Source: a virus | Lineage: Duplodnaviria > Caudoviricetes | Length of the DNA stretch: 64,000 nucleotides | Virus record (IMG/VR): IMGVR_UViG_3300028591_000117 | Location: 32,001 to 96,000 of that record | Reading direction: 5' to 3' (one strand) | Shown here: piece after piece, positions 48,901 through 58,609 of the stretch | Position numbering within the stretch: position 1 is the first letter of the stretch | Layout: every line of letters begins with the position of its first letter | Translations under genes and position numbers: made by a program | The notes under the pieces: generated by a model | What the model was told of the DNA's origin: nothing | Database searches by the model: none | What the model saw: only the letters and a program-made list of their open reading frames with translations

Positions 48901-50673
48901 AGTTCTGTCAACACCTATAAAGTAACAAAATATTCCATTACTAGAACTATCTGTCCACTCTGAAGCTTCTTTTACTATTAGTATTATATGTGGGGTAAAC
49001 TGTGTTTGAAGTCTTTCTATTCTACCTGATGGAAGTTTAAAATAAATATATTGAGTACCTATATTAGGACTATTATTAAAATAAATACCCTTTTTTAAGT
49101 TAACAAGGTCTAGTGCATTTTGAGACTCGACAGCGTCAGCAGAGTCTAGTGGACTTGGTACTGTAAAGACAGTTTGATTTTCTAGCTCTTTACCTTTAAT
49201 AACATTTTCAAGTGTTCCTTTAGAAATAAACTTATTAGTATTTGAAGCAACATAATTTTCATAACTTAGTTCTTTACAAAATAATTGTCCATTAGCATTA
49301 ACTTGCGTTCCATAAGAGTCTGCTGATTTTATTACACCACCAGTATTAGTTGAAGCATAATCAGTTGACTGTATAGCACTATCAGCTAAATCTAAACTAT
49401 CTTGTACATTTTGTTCTAAATCAGTTTTAGGTATTCCTGTACTTGGTTTATCATATTTTGCATTCCAATTTGTTTTATCAGTACTACTTACAAATTTGTT
49501 TGTGTTATTAGTATCATCAACTAAATCACTACTTAACTTATGTGAACTATCTATTTTAGTTTGATATCCACTTAAATCAACTGTTCCAGCTAAAACATCC
49601 CAGTCTTCTCCACTCCAAGCAACATTATCTCCTGCTTTTATATTATGAGTGTCATCAGCTGTTTCTATATTATAAACATCACCTACAGTTAATTCACTTC
49701 TAGGTAAATCATTATAAGAATGAACAGTTCCTTTATATTTATAAACTGAAAATATTTTACTATCTACTGTAGATTTATCATAGTAATTTACTAAATCATC
49801 TACAGTATTATCAATATAGTTCATATCATTATCAAGTTCACTAACTACAGTTGGAATTTCAGTTTTATCTGCTTTAGTATTACTTAAATTTGTTATACTA
49901 CTTTCTAGCTCAGAGTCTTTAGTTTTTAAATTAGATATATCACCTTCAAGTTTAGTATCTTCATCTTGTAGGTCACTAATATTTTCATCTAATTCTTGCT
50001 TAGTACTATTTATTTTAGTATCTAAAGTCGTAGCTGTAGTATCTATCTTATTATTTAATCTAGTGGCTTCAGTATCAACTTTTGTATCTAAAGTTTCTAT
50101 TTCTCCATCTAGTTCTTGCTTAGTACTATCTATTTTAGTATCTAAAGTTGTAGAAACATTATCTATATTACTATTTAATTCATCTTTAGTTGTATCTATC
50201 TTAGTATCTAAAGTCGTAGCTGTAGTATCAACTTTTGTATCTAGTGTAGTAATTTTATTATCTAAAGTTTCTAATTCTCCGTCAATTTCACTTTTACTAT
50301 TATCTATTTTAGTATCTAGTCTAGTAACTTCAGTATCAACTTTAGTATTTAAAGTACTTATATCTTCATCAGTTTCACTTTTATTTGCATCTATTTTAGT
50401 ATTTAATGTAGTAACTTCATTATCAACTTTTGTATTTAATGTAGTAACTTCAGTGTCTATCTTTGTATCTAAAGTCGTAGCTGTATTATCTATTTTAGTA
50501 TCTAATCTAGTAACTTCAGTATCAACCTTAGTATCTAAAATATCTATAGTATTATTTAATTCATCTTTAGTATTATTAATTTTAGTATCTAGAGTTTCTG
50601 CAGCATTATTAACAGTTTCTTTAACTTTTTCTGTATAATGCGTTAATCCTCTAATATCTAAATATTTTTTCAT
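45937..50673 (-). CDS. long modular tail fibre (1578 aa)
   Basis: N-terminal TLDTKID coiled-coil repeats and VYKYKGTV module, then six variable domains each followed by G.KTF..IP...APT...QLT.KKYVDD. Confidence 0.8.
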   Translation of the reverse strand: MKKYLDIRGLTHYTEKVKETVNNAAETLDTKINNTKDELNNTIDILDTKVDTEVTRLDTKIDNTATTLDTKIDTEVTTLNTKVDNEVTTLNTKIDANKSETDEDISTLNTKVDTEVTRLDTKIDNSKSEIDGELETLDNKITTLDTKVDTTATTLDTKIDTTKDELNSNIDNVSTTLDTKIDSTKQELDGEIETLDTKVDTEATRLNNKIDTTATTLDTKINSTKQELDENISDLQDEDTKLEGDISNLKTKDSELESSITNLSNTKADKTEIPTVVSELDNDMNYIDNTVDDLVNYYDKSTVDSKIFSVYKYKGTVHSYNDLPRSELTVGDVYNIETADDTHNIKAGDNVAWSGEDWDVLAGTVDLSGYQTKIDSSHKLSSDLVDDTNNTNKFVSSTDKTNWNAKYDKPSTGIPKTDLEQNVQDSLDLADSAIQSTDYASTNTGGVIKSADSYGTQVNANGQLFCKELSYENYVASNTNKFISKGTLENVIKGKELENQTVFTVPSPLDSADAVESQNALDLVNLKKGIYFNNSPNIGTQYIYFKLPSGRIERLQTQFTPHIILIVKEASEWTDSSSNGIFCYFIGVDRTSGNAQYYRKIIGISYENQSLSITYSKTYDEIALNSQSQNIRGVKTFNSIPKQSDTTAPTNDAEFTNKKYVDDKDALKEDIANKVTSLSALSTDDEYPSAKAVFDLPYDNVYMFDNNTVINLFTAPRGVYIPNGKNRTFKYISKKSTGATSTTSEYILYLAITKTYDEIIAEGSGTMGWGLGYRIQATSGSVDTGDRFLFTRISKKPDVDELIVGVAEHADFRYLTSVQQYIGGKKLFGVIPELHTYAAPTQDVQLTPKKYVDDQDALKEDIANKVTSLDDQSTDDQYPSAKAVFDLIKTKGKNIQTFTNDNKNPFIFDGKLPGIYVNLSFENSYSSRTGDFYYKKSESSSVQSLWGLDCLFIIIEKDINDAQVGDTIGVVYAVLGYDPGATAFGGIDYRLILKDSDGFIKLDNYGRYQSIGISFVTRDRQNFTGVKTFSSIPQVSSYTAPTNNMQLTAKKYVDDRDTLKEDVANKVTTIDSTSTDTQYASAKAVWDLVNQNNFSIGYELTEYSSTSPFNAFTKEPGIYIPKYEYYNINYFYYYDNKESLTNPRNLGLHILFLVIYKNFDDAEVNEVFGKGYAINNSNGGITYIDVRKSTSTVLTIGAPAGLQGGLITYNNQEITGVKTFSSIPQVSSYTAPTQDTQLTAKKYVDDLVASMSGDCATETCVVSQSEPFVFEGKKKGIYHIIYNNVTSFYFKGYEAETVKNIEFETAYMFYIILKDDFENINENEVLGYTFSIQSSTGVIYRGACVKTSSTVNIQPRETTLFTAISNGNQEYLGVKTFYSIPKLSSYTAPTQDTQLAAKKYVDDSISAIPSGASVNYFDARQEFLFEGKDVGVYYPTNTNRINFMYKFLSDDTGGGSNGTVVSFIINNKVTAENPDTSKVYAVGTFLDGAGSLKQFVVTYNGTKYVMNYYDNYYAASMLTVYSQTFRGEKIFVDIPKVSSYTAPTNNTQLTAKKYVDDSISAAIGDIGTVLDAINGESI
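46003..48780. repeat. six dispersed ~95-nt direct repeats within the tail fibre gene
   Basis: Copies near 46003, 46465, 46937, 47509, 48112 and 48685. Exact identities of 46 nt (46988-47033 / 47561-47606) and 36 nt (48067-48102 / 48640-48675). Confidence 0.85.
49990..50600. repeat. 11-residue-type coiled-coil repeats (T-L-D/N-T-K-I/V-D)
   Basis: Repeated tttagtatctaaag / gtatcaac units. Confidence 0.85.
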
Positions 50674-50691
50674 TATTTTCCTCCTTTCACA

Positions 50692-51303
50692 CTACTCAAA
50701 TAAGTCATCGATATCCCAATCACTTATTCTATCCATTTGCTCTTGTATTCCAAGTTCATCTAAATATTTACTTCCAATTAAAGTAACATCATTTATTTTA
50801 GGTAACTCAGTAAGATTTTCATAGCTCATTGTACCAGTACCGTCTAGGTATAAAACTGTTACATTTATTGGTACAATTGTTGTATCATAATCTTGTTTAT
50901 TAAGTATAACATTAATAACATATTGCTGAGTAGTACTTTTAAGCTCTTCAATATTTAAAGCTTTAATTGAAATAATCTTATCTTCTATAGATACATCTAG
51001 ATAATTTAATACATCATCAGAAACAATATCTATAGAAGTATATTGGTCTACTTTTAAATCAACTTTAGTAGTTCCACCAGCAGTTACAACTTGAATACAA
51101 GGAGTTTCATATTTAATAAGTCTTGTCTTCTTTTTTGTAAGCTCTAAACTAATTCCATCAAGCTCATTATCTATATCAAATAAACTTTTTAGAGTAGTTG
51201 ATAAATCTTTAGACCTATTTACAAAGTCATTTATTAATGCTCTCTCACTTTGGTCTACATGAGTAATAACTATTTTTTTACTACTTTTAAGTAATGCTCT
51301 CAT
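50692..51303 (-). CDS. tail-associated protein
   Basis: C-terminal YENL..LPKINDVTLIG.K...ELGIQ motif common in tail-fibre gene clusters. Confidence 0.55.
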   Translation of the reverse strand: MRALLKSSKKIVITHVDQSERALINDFVNRSKDLSTTLKSLFDIDNELDGISLELTKKKTRLIKYETPCIQVVTAGGTTKVDLKVDQYTSIDIVSDDVLNYLDVSIEDKIISIKALNIEELKSTTQQYVINVILNKQDYDTTIVPINVTVLYLDGTGTMSYENLTELPKINDVTLIGSKYLDELGIQEQMDRISDWDIDDLFE

Positions 51304-51320
51304 TTAATTACCTCCTTATA

Positions 51321-51947
51321 TTATTTTTTGTCCATATTTAATATGTTCTCTTCAATAAATGCAGCGAGTCTTAAAAGTTCATGGTCATTTTTAATAAATT
51401 TAGTTTTATCTAGCCATTGAACTTCAATAAAACCTACAGGCTCTTTTAAACTATTCATTATAACAACATTTGTATAAGCTTTAATACCTTGAGATATCTT
51501 CATATTATAAGTTGCAGGCATTACCTCTTTAATAGCTGTAATATCTCTAACATCAACAATAGAATTATCTAATATACTAGCAATATATCTAGGCATTATT
51601 GAGATAGGTACTGACATACTTTCTCTTTGAATTGAATTTATACCAATTCTACATATCTCATAAGTACAAGAAACTTTAAGAGCTGAACGACCATTAGCAT
51701 AGTGTTCACCATTATGGAATTCATATACATGAACTCTATCTGCATTCATTATTTCTTTAACTTCTTCCATTCTGTTTAGTATCTTAATATCTAGTTGTGA
51801 TTGTTTTGGAACTTTATTACTTACAGAACCTTGCCAATTTTTTAAAAATCGGTCAATGTGTTGTTTACAAACTTTATAACAAATATAAGCACCTGCGAGA
51901 AATGTTCCGACGGCGGTAGCAATTGCTTCAATGTTTATTCCATTCAT
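51321..51947 (-). CDS. T4-T-like holin (single TM plus GAF-like domain)
   Basis: N-terminal TM helix followed by ADRVHVYEFHNG...SCTYE...PVGFI. Confidence 0.55.
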   Translation of the reverse strand: MNGINIEAIATAVGTFLAGAYICYKVCKQHIDRFLKNWQGSVSNKVPKQSQLDIKILNRMEEVKEIMNADRVHVYEFHNGEHYANGRSALKVSCTYEICRIGINSIQRESMSVPISIMPRYIASILDNSIVDVRDITAIKEVMPATYNMKISQGIKAYTNVVIMNSLKEPVGFIEVQWLDKTKFIKNDHELLRLAAFIEENILNMDKK

Positions 51948-52015
51948 TTTATTGCTCCTTCCTTCATTTATCTCTCATAATAATATATAAATAAAAAGCA
52001 GATAAATTATCTGCT

Positions 52016-53812
52016 TTATATTATCTCTATTCCATTAAATTTCATACCAATAACTTCTTTTCCATTTAATCTGGCTGAGTCTGACATTTTACCATTAAAT
52101 TTAAAACCACCTTTTGTTTTAAATGTTAATGTATATTCACTAGATGTTCTTGACCAGTTATCAGTTACAGTTATTTTAGCTGTATAATTTTTTCCTGGCT
52201 TTAATATATCTCCTGTTGCTTTTGAGTTAGTAGTACTAGTTAATGTATTTGTTAATGTATTATTTAAATATAGTTTAATAGTCATACTAGAAATACGTGC
52301 ATTAGTATCAAAGCTACTAGTTATAGATATTGTAGCTGACTTTGACTTTATATTAGTAACAGTTCCAGATGAAATTGTTGGATTATTTCCTGTAGTAGTA
52401 TCATTACCAGTATACCAACTTGATGTTCTACTTTGATTATCTGTTACCTTAACTCTAAAATAGTAGTTTGTATTAGGAGATAAGTTTGAAATAGTATTTC
52501 CTGTAGTTGAACTTCCATAACTTGTACTTGTACCATATTCAATTGTTTGAGAACTAAAACTTGCATTAGTATCATAAGAAACACTAGGACTTACAGTAAT
52601 AGATGTTCTTGACTTACTAACAGAAACACTATTTATTGTTGGAGCATTACCTGAAGTTTTAAAACTTCCAGTACTCCAACTTGATGTTCTACTAAAGTTA
52701 TCAGTAACTCTAACTCTATAATAATATGTTGTATTAGGAGTTAAATTTGATATACTAGTTCCTGTAGTTGAACTTCCATAGTTTGTACTTGTACCATACT
52801 GAATTTCTCTAGAGCTAAAACTTGCATTAGTATCATAAGAAGCTGAAATACTAAAAGTACAACCAGTTCTAGTTTGAGTTGTTGACTTAGCAGTGATACT
52901 AGGAGCATTACCTGTAGTTCTAAAACTATTTGTATAAGTTGAAGTTCTTCCTTGAGTACTTGTAGCAGTAATCTTATAGTAATAAACTGTATTTGCAGAT
53001 AAACCTGAAATTGAATTACTTGTAGTTGAACTTCCATAACTTGTAGTTGTACCATAATCTATCTTTTCACTTGATTTACTATCATTAGTATCATAAGTAA
53101 CTATATATGAAAAAGTACATTCTGTTCTAGTTTGACTATGCACTACTCCAGTAATACTAGGAGCATTACCTAAAGTTTTAAAACTTCCAGTAGCTGATGC
53201 AGAATATCCAGCAGTATTTTGAACTGTATACTTATAATAATATGTTGTATTAGGAGTAAGTCCTGATAACTCATTTCCACCTTGTCCATAACTTGTTGAA
53301 GTACCCCAGTCCCAGGCATAACCAGCATATTCAGCATAATCTCCTATAGAGCTATAACCTCCAGACAATAAAGCTGATGTTCTAGTTACATTTGAATGAC
53401 TAGCCCAAACTCCAGAAGGAGCTGTTGGTACAGGTAAATCAGTTACAGTTAATTTTACAGAACCTGCTTGACTACTAGGATTATAATAATTCTGGTTAAC
53501 TCCAATAGTTATTTGAAATGAAGTATCATTATTTCCAATAGTAAATGATTGTGTTTCTTCACCACCATAATATTTAGTACCTTTAGTAGTATGTGTTCCA
53601 GAAGAACCTTGGAATGCTGTATGTTTCTTTCCATTATACCATAAACAAATACTATTTTCAGAATAATAACCAGAAGTTGGATTATAACCATATATATTAT
53701 AAGTTAATGTTATAGTATTTCCTGAACGTGTACAAGATGATATTGTTCCTCCAACATAAAGTGTGACATTTGAATAGGAGCTCGCATTGGCTTCTCCTGT
53801 AAAACTTGCCAT
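52016..53812 (-). CDS. fibronectin type III repeat virion protein
   Basis: About five repeats of YGT.T.YG...ISNL.PNT.YY.RV..TD...TGSFKT. Confidence 0.85.
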   Translation of the reverse strand: MASFTGEANASSYSNVTLYVGGTISSCTRSGNTITLTYNIYGYNPTSGYYSENSICLWYNGKKHTAFQGSSGTHTTKGTKYYGGEETQSFTIGNNDTSFQITIGVNQNYYNPSSQAGSVKLTVTDLPVPTAPSGVWASHSNVTRTSALLSGGYSSIGDYAEYAGYAWDWGTSTSYGQGGNELSGLTPNTTYYYKYTVQNTAGYSASATGSFKTLGNAPSITGVVHSQTRTECTFSYIVTYDTNDSKSSEKIDYGTTTSYGSSTTSNSISGLSANTVYYYKITATSTQGRTSTYTNSFRTTGNAPSITAKSTTQTRTGCTFSISASYDTNASFSSREIQYGTSTNYGSSTTGTSISNLTPNTTYYYRVRVTDNFSRTSSWSTGSFKTSGNAPTINSVSVSKSRTSITVSPSVSYDTNASFSSQTIEYGTSTSYGSSTTGNTISNLSPNTNYYFRVKVTDNQSRTSSWYTGNDTTTGNNPTISSGTVTNIKSKSATISITSSFDTNARISSMTIKLYLNNTLTNTLTSTTNSKATGDILKPGKNYTAKITVTDNWSRTSSEYTLTFKTKGGFKFNGKMSDSARLNGKEVIGMKFNGIEII

Positions 53813-53827
53813 CTATACCACCTCCTA

Positions 53828-54034
53828 TTAACTTTCTAATTTTATATATAATACTCCATTTTCTTCTGTAGTTGGATAATCATTTACTATTCTTATCTCT
53901 TTAACAGTTGATGAAGATACTTTAGTATTATTTAAATTAGATATATCAGACGTATTTTGATTAGTATCAGATATTGCTTGTTCTACCTCATCAATATCTA
54001 ATATAGTTTTTCCATTAAATTCTATTTTATTCAT
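53828..54034 (-). CDS. small tail-associated protein
   Basis: C-terminal V..YP...ENGVLYI motif. Confidence 0.55.
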   Translation of the reverse strand: MNKIEFNGKTILDIDEVEQAISDTNQNTSDISNLNNTKVSSSTVKEIRIVNDYPTTEENGVLYIKLES

Positions 54035-54044
54035 ATCTTACCTC

Positions 54045-54719
54045 CTACATTAATTTATTCCATGTTGGACTAGATGAAGTACCATTTGTTGTTTTATAAA
54101 TATTACATTTATTCCAATGAGCTCCATAATCTGTAGTTTTATATACAAATTGATTTTGAGACCAGTTTGAACCTGAGTTTACTGTTCTACGACCTTTACT
54201 ATATCTTTCAATTCTATCTGGAGTAACTGTTATAGCTCCAGAACCATCTCTAATATATATTCTTTTATCAGAACCTGTTCCATAAAGACACTGGAAAACT
54301 CCATAAACAGTAAACGAAGTATAACCTTCATCATTATAATATATTGTTTTACTTCCTTTAGCTAAAATACCATATTTTTTAACATAACCATCAAATGTAT
54401 ATGATGGTCTAGATACATAGTGAGTTGTCTGTTTATCTTGGTCTTCTCTAGTATACATTGGATATGGTTTACTTTTTGTTCCATCTCCTGTACTAGTAAC
54501 ATTCCAGATTTTATCACCATCTAATTGAAAATAGTTTCTATCTGTTCCATATATTCTGTATTTTGTAGTAGCTGATGAATTATAACCATATAATTTATAG
54601 TTAAGAGTTGCTGTTCCTGCAATAGGGTCAGGATTTTTAACTTCCCAGTCAAAATATATCCATAAACCAGTAGTACCAGGAAAAGCAGAATTTGTTTTAA
54701 GAGTTCCTTTATTGGCCAT
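54045..54719 (-). CDS. tail-associated beta-rich protein
   Basis: Tail-module context and composition. Confidence 0.5.
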   Translation of the reverse strand: MANKGTLKTNSAFPGTTGLWIYFDWEVKNPDPIAGTATLNYKLYGYNSSATTKYRIYGTDRNYFQLDGDKIWNVTSTGDGTKSKPYPMYTREDQDKQTTHYVSRPSYTFDGYVKKYGILAKGSKTIYYNDEGYTSFTVYGVFQCLYGTGSDKRIYIRDGSGAITVTPDRIERYSKGRRTVNSGSNWSQNQFVYKTTDYGAHWNKCNIYKTTNGTSSSPTWNKLM

Positions 54720-54729
54720 AAATTACCTC

Positions 54730-56568
54730 CTACCAAATACCATATCCAGTTTGTGTTGGAATACTACCTTCTCCACCAAGTCTTAAACTATAACCACCTA
54801 CTACAATATAACCATTATCTACATTAATTCTTTTACTAGAACCCATAGTTAAATTACCATTTAATGTTGAAGCTCCACCAACAGTTAATGCACCAGAAAT
54901 ACTAGAATTTCCTGTTGTATATGTATTTCCAGAAGCATCAATATCTTTAACATATAAGTTATTAAATCTCTTATTAGATAAACCTAAGTTATAAGAAGTT
55001 GTTGACTCAGGAATTATACTTCTACTTGTAAGCTCTCCTGAAATTGAACTAGCTCCAGAAGCATTTAATGCAGTTACATATATTGTTCCAAATCTTGATG
55101 AACTAGTACCTATATTATGAGTACTGTTTGTTGTAATAGCCCCTTTAACTGAAAGTGTACTTCCTAAAGATACAGCTCCATTTAATGTAGATGTTCCATA
55201 AACAGTTAAGTTTTTAACTGAACTTGAAGTACCTATAGCAACATTACCACTAATAGTTCCACCAGTCTTTAAATAATATAAACCAGAAGCAGCTGAAGCA
55301 GCACTTGATAATATAGATGAAACAGTATAATTTGTATAGCTATCATCTAATGTAACTGGTTGACCTTGAGAGTTATATAGTTGATTTAATTTAACTCTAT
55401 GTGGATTTGTTCTATCTCCAACATGGTCATTTAATACTGAGTTAGCATTATCTGCTATAGTCAAAGCTTGTCTTGCTTTTGTTATAGCTTCTTGAGCTTG
55501 TTGTCTTGTAAATGTATCACTATCTAATACTTCTTTTTCATTATAATCAAGATTAATTATTCTCCATGTATCTTCAGATATTGCACTAGTAGTATTTTTA
55601 GTAATTATAGCCGCAACTGGAATTAAATACTCAATACCATCTGGTATTTTATAACTCATAACTGAGTCTATAGCATATACAGCTTCTTCCATAGTATTAT
55701 AAGCTGCATTACCATACATAGCTATAATTGTCTTTGTATAAATATCATAATATAGTTTTTGTATTGAAAACTTATTAGTATTTACTGAAGATATAGCTCC
55801 AGTATTATAATTCATTAATCTATTCAATGTCAATGCTTCTAGTGGTTCAGAGTCCCAATCAACTCTAGGAACTTTGTCAGTACTATCCCAAATACTTGCA
55901 TACCTTATAGGAACTGCATTACCTTCAAATTTAACTTCTAAACAATCTGGTGATGATTTATTATCGAAGTTAATTCCACTAAATCTAATTTTAGCATCAG
56001 TTAATGTAAGCTGTTTAGTATTTTTATTTACAACTTCAACTCTTAAACCATCAGTAACTTGATAGAACTGGTTTCCTTTAATATAATCAGCAGAACCTGC
56101 AAATGGAAGCATTACATAGAATTGCTTAGTATTACCTTGATTATCTAAAATAAATCTAGCAAATACTATCTTTGTATCATCAGATTGGAACATATCATCA
56201 TATACTTCATAAGTTCCTCTATGTGATAATACAATATATAGATAATGTGGTTTATTATCTCTATAATTCTTTAAATTACAATTAATATTTATACTTAATA
56301 ATTCATTAGATGCTCTAGTAAATACTTTAAAGTCTCTTATTACAAAGTCATCTATATAATCTTTAGTTATTACTAAGTTTGTTCCTCTGAAAGCTGGTTG
56401 ATTGTTAACAAATCCATACATTTCATTAGCTTCAAAAAACACTTGACCATTTGTTAACATAGACTTATATAAAAAGTCAGTATCATTTAAGTTTTCTACA
56501 GTAACTCGATAACTATCATAGTACTCTCTATACTCAGCATCTTCATCTACTTGTCTATAAACTTTCAT
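54730..56568 (-). CDS. tail fibre / baseplate-anchored fibre protein
   Basis: HVGDRTNPHRV motif, GGTISG, and YNLG.S..RF..IY beta-helix repeats. Confidence 0.7.
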   Translation of the reverse strand: MKVYRQVDEDAEYREYYDSYRVTVENLNDTDFLYKSMLTNGQVFFEANEMYGFVNNQPAFRGTNLVITKDYIDDFVIRDFKVFTRASNELLSININCNLKNYRDNKPHYLYIVLSHRGTYEVYDDMFQSDDTKIVFARFILDNQGNTKQFYVMLPFAGSADYIKGNQFYQVTDGLRVEVVNKNTKQLTLTDAKIRFSGINFDNKSSPDCLEVKFEGNAVPIRYASIWDSTDKVPRVDWDSEPLEALTLNRLMNYNTGAISSVNTNKFSIQKLYYDIYTKTIIAMYGNAAYNTMEEAVYAIDSVMSYKIPDGIEYLIPVAAIITKNTTSAISEDTWRIINLDYNEKEVLDSDTFTRQQAQEAITKARQALTIADNANSVLNDHVGDRTNPHRVKLNQLYNSQGQPVTLDDSYTNYTVSSILSSAASAASGLYYLKTGGTISGNVAIGTSSSVKNLTVYGTSTLNGAVSLGSTLSVKGAITTNSTHNIGTSSSRFGTIYVTALNASGASSISGELTSRSIIPESTTSYNLGLSNKRFNNLYVKDIDASGNTYTTGNSSISGALTVGGASTLNGNLTMGSSKRINVDNGYIVVGGYSLRLGGEGSIPTQTGYGIW

Positions 56569-56655
56569 ATATTTTCCTCCTTTATTTTAAATAAGCTCCC
56601 AGATTAATTCTGGATTATCTAGGAGCTTTGAAATTATCTTTTTAATATATTTATA

Positions 56656-57231
56656 TTAGAATTCTAAAAGCACAACTACGTCTTCAGCTTGGTCTGCAGA
56701 CCTAGTAATAATACCTCTAGTTGAAATTAACTCTAAAGTACCTTTATCTGTAACTCTAGTATTCCAATCAGATGGACTTATAAAATAAATATCAGATAAA
56801 GTTCCAGGATTTACATTTATGTACATACCTAAAACATTATACATAGCTGCACCTTCATCAACTACTACTGGAAAGTACTCATCTTTATCAAGAACATATC
56901 TCATCATTATTCTTGTATATCCTTCATCTAAAGCTTGTTGATAATCTGAAATAGTTTCATAATAAACTTCTTTATAGTATACACAAGTATCTCTCTGTTC
57001 TTCAGTAGGATTTGTTATTGGTTTAGCAAATAGAATTTCTTTATAAGTTTGATATCCTAGAATTGAAGTATTATAAGTACTTAAGTCATCAGTCTCTATA
57101 GGAGTTATTGGATTATTTATCCATTGGTCTGAATAACCAACAGCTAAATAAACCATACTATGTTGACTAATACTATTGTAAAATTCCATCATTCTTCTTT
57201 GTTTTGATTTTCTTGTTAATACTGTAGGCAT
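56656..57231 (-). CDS. baseplate wedge subunit
   Basis: YLAVG....W...P.P...R.ITRS.DQ.E.V..LLEF; baseplate context. Confidence 0.6.
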   Translation of the reverse strand: MPTVLTRKSKQRRMMEFYNSISQHSMVYLAVGYSDQWINNPITPIETDDLSTYNTSILGYQTYKEILFAKPITNPTEEQRDTCVYYKEVYYETISDYQQALDEGYTRIMMRYVLDKDEYFPVVVDEGAAMYNVLGMYINVNPGTLSDIYFISPSDWNTRVTDKGTLELISTRGIITRSADQAEDVVVLLEF

Positions 57232-58598
57232 TAGTTATTACCTCCTTCTACTAAACTATCTATATCTACATCTGTATCTGCAGAGTAATTCATAGTAACA
57301 TTATAACTTTGAACTGTTCCATTAACTGTAACTTTAACTACATAGTCTGAGTTATCTTTAGGAATATTATTGTACATCTTAATATTAGCTGTAGTAGATG
57401 TAGGAGTCATCTCAGTTCCATTCTTATATAAACCAAACTCTGAATATAATGTAGAACTTAAAATACAGTTTGTTACTATATTATCAGCGTCAAGTACAAA
57501 TGCTAGAACTCCGATTTTACTATCTAACTCAGAATAATCAGCTAAATCACCTACAAATATTGTATTTATATTTCCTGAGTTTTGTACTAAACCACTTTTA
57601 TCAGTTATTTCTTGTTGAACTCTAGCAATTTCAGTATCTACATAATTCTTTTGAGCTGTAGATAAAGGTTTATCTAAGTCTGATGTATTATCTACATTTC
57701 CAAGCATTACTGTAGTTTTAGTAACATGATGTGGATTACTATAATCTACTAAATGAGCTTCTAGCTCATCTGAAGCTGCATCAGCACTTGATTTAGCTTC
57801 AGTCGCTTTATCTTCTATTAAACTCATACTATCTGAAACAGTAACCTTATAAGCTCTAAATTCATCTAAATGACTATTTAAAGCATTACTAACTCCAGAA
57901 ATACTATTTTGTAATGATACAATATCATTTTGAATAGCTGTTATTGTTCCATCTAAATTAGTAAACTGTGTTTGAATTTCAGTAAATTTAGCCATTAAAT
58001 CTTCTTGAGTTGTAATATCTCCAATTAAATGACCCCAAGGAATATTAGTTATAGTTGGTTGTTCATACCAAGTTCTTCCATCAGGAGACCATTGAAATAC
58101 TGCATTATTTAATCTAATAGCTTTTATATTAGTTGAATTTACTTTTTCAGTTAATGCTTCTAATATATCTGAAATATCATTTGTATTTGTTCTTATATTA
58201 GTTACGTTATTTTCAACTTGGTTTCTAACTGTTTCAAAGTTAGTATTTAATGTTGATAATAAGTTACTTAACGTGTCTACAGTTTCAACTGCAGCTTTAC
58301 TTTCTAGAATATTCCATAAGTCTGTCTGGTCTTCTATATTTCCACTAATATTACCCCATTTTGTAATATCTACTGGAGTCCATTCTCTAGTATCTTCACC
58401 TTCAGTAGGAGCTTCTTCTAAAGTATAACTAACAACATTATCAATAACTCTAAATTCTTTAATATCAGTTGATTTTATTTTATATATCATTGTTGCAAGA
58501 ATATCTACTAAGCATTCATCTGCTATAGTAAAATTATCATTAAAGGCTTTTATAAAATCTCTACCAACCATACCATGATATATCTGTGTAAAGTTCAT
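57231..58598 (-). CDS. tail fibre-like coiled-coil protein
   Basis: WG.I.G.I..Q.DL repeats; H...SNPHHVTK...LGNVDNTSDLDKPLSTAQ. Confidence 0.7.
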   Translation of the reverse strand: MNFTQIYHGMVGRDFIKAFNDNFTIADECLVDILATMIYKIKSTDIKEFRVIDNVVSYTLEEAPTEGEDTREWTPVDITKWGNISGNIEDQTDLWNILESKAAVETVDTLSNLLSTLNTNFETVRNQVENNVTNIRTNTNDISDILEALTEKVNSTNIKAIRLNNAVFQWSPDGRTWYEQPTITNIPWGHLIGDITTQEDLMAKFTEIQTQFTNLDGTITAIQNDIVSLQNSISGVSNALNSHLDEFRAYKVTVSDSMSLIEDKATEAKSSADAASDELEAHLVDYSNPHHVTKTTVMLGNVDNTSDLDKPLSTAQKNYVDTEIARVQQEITDKSGLVQNSGNINTIFVGDLADYSELDSKIGVLAFVLDADNIVTNCILSSTLYSEFGLYKNGTEMTPTSTTANIKMYNNIPKDNSDYVVKVTVNGTVQSYNVTMNYSADTDVDIDSLVEGGNN

Positions 58599-58609
58599 TC
58601 TATACCTCC

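Noticed and set aside
50063-50638. 191-aa plus-strand ORF, and the other short plus-strand or nested ORFs in the track
   Set aside because: Antisense or alternate-frame shadows of repetitive or biased minus-strand genes; no RBS and low-complexity translations.
36399-56627. CCAGA...TCTGG hairpins near 36399, 40228 and 56594 as a mobile repeat family
   Set aside because: Only the short core is shared. All sit at gene ends and are adequately explained as terminator-like hairpins.
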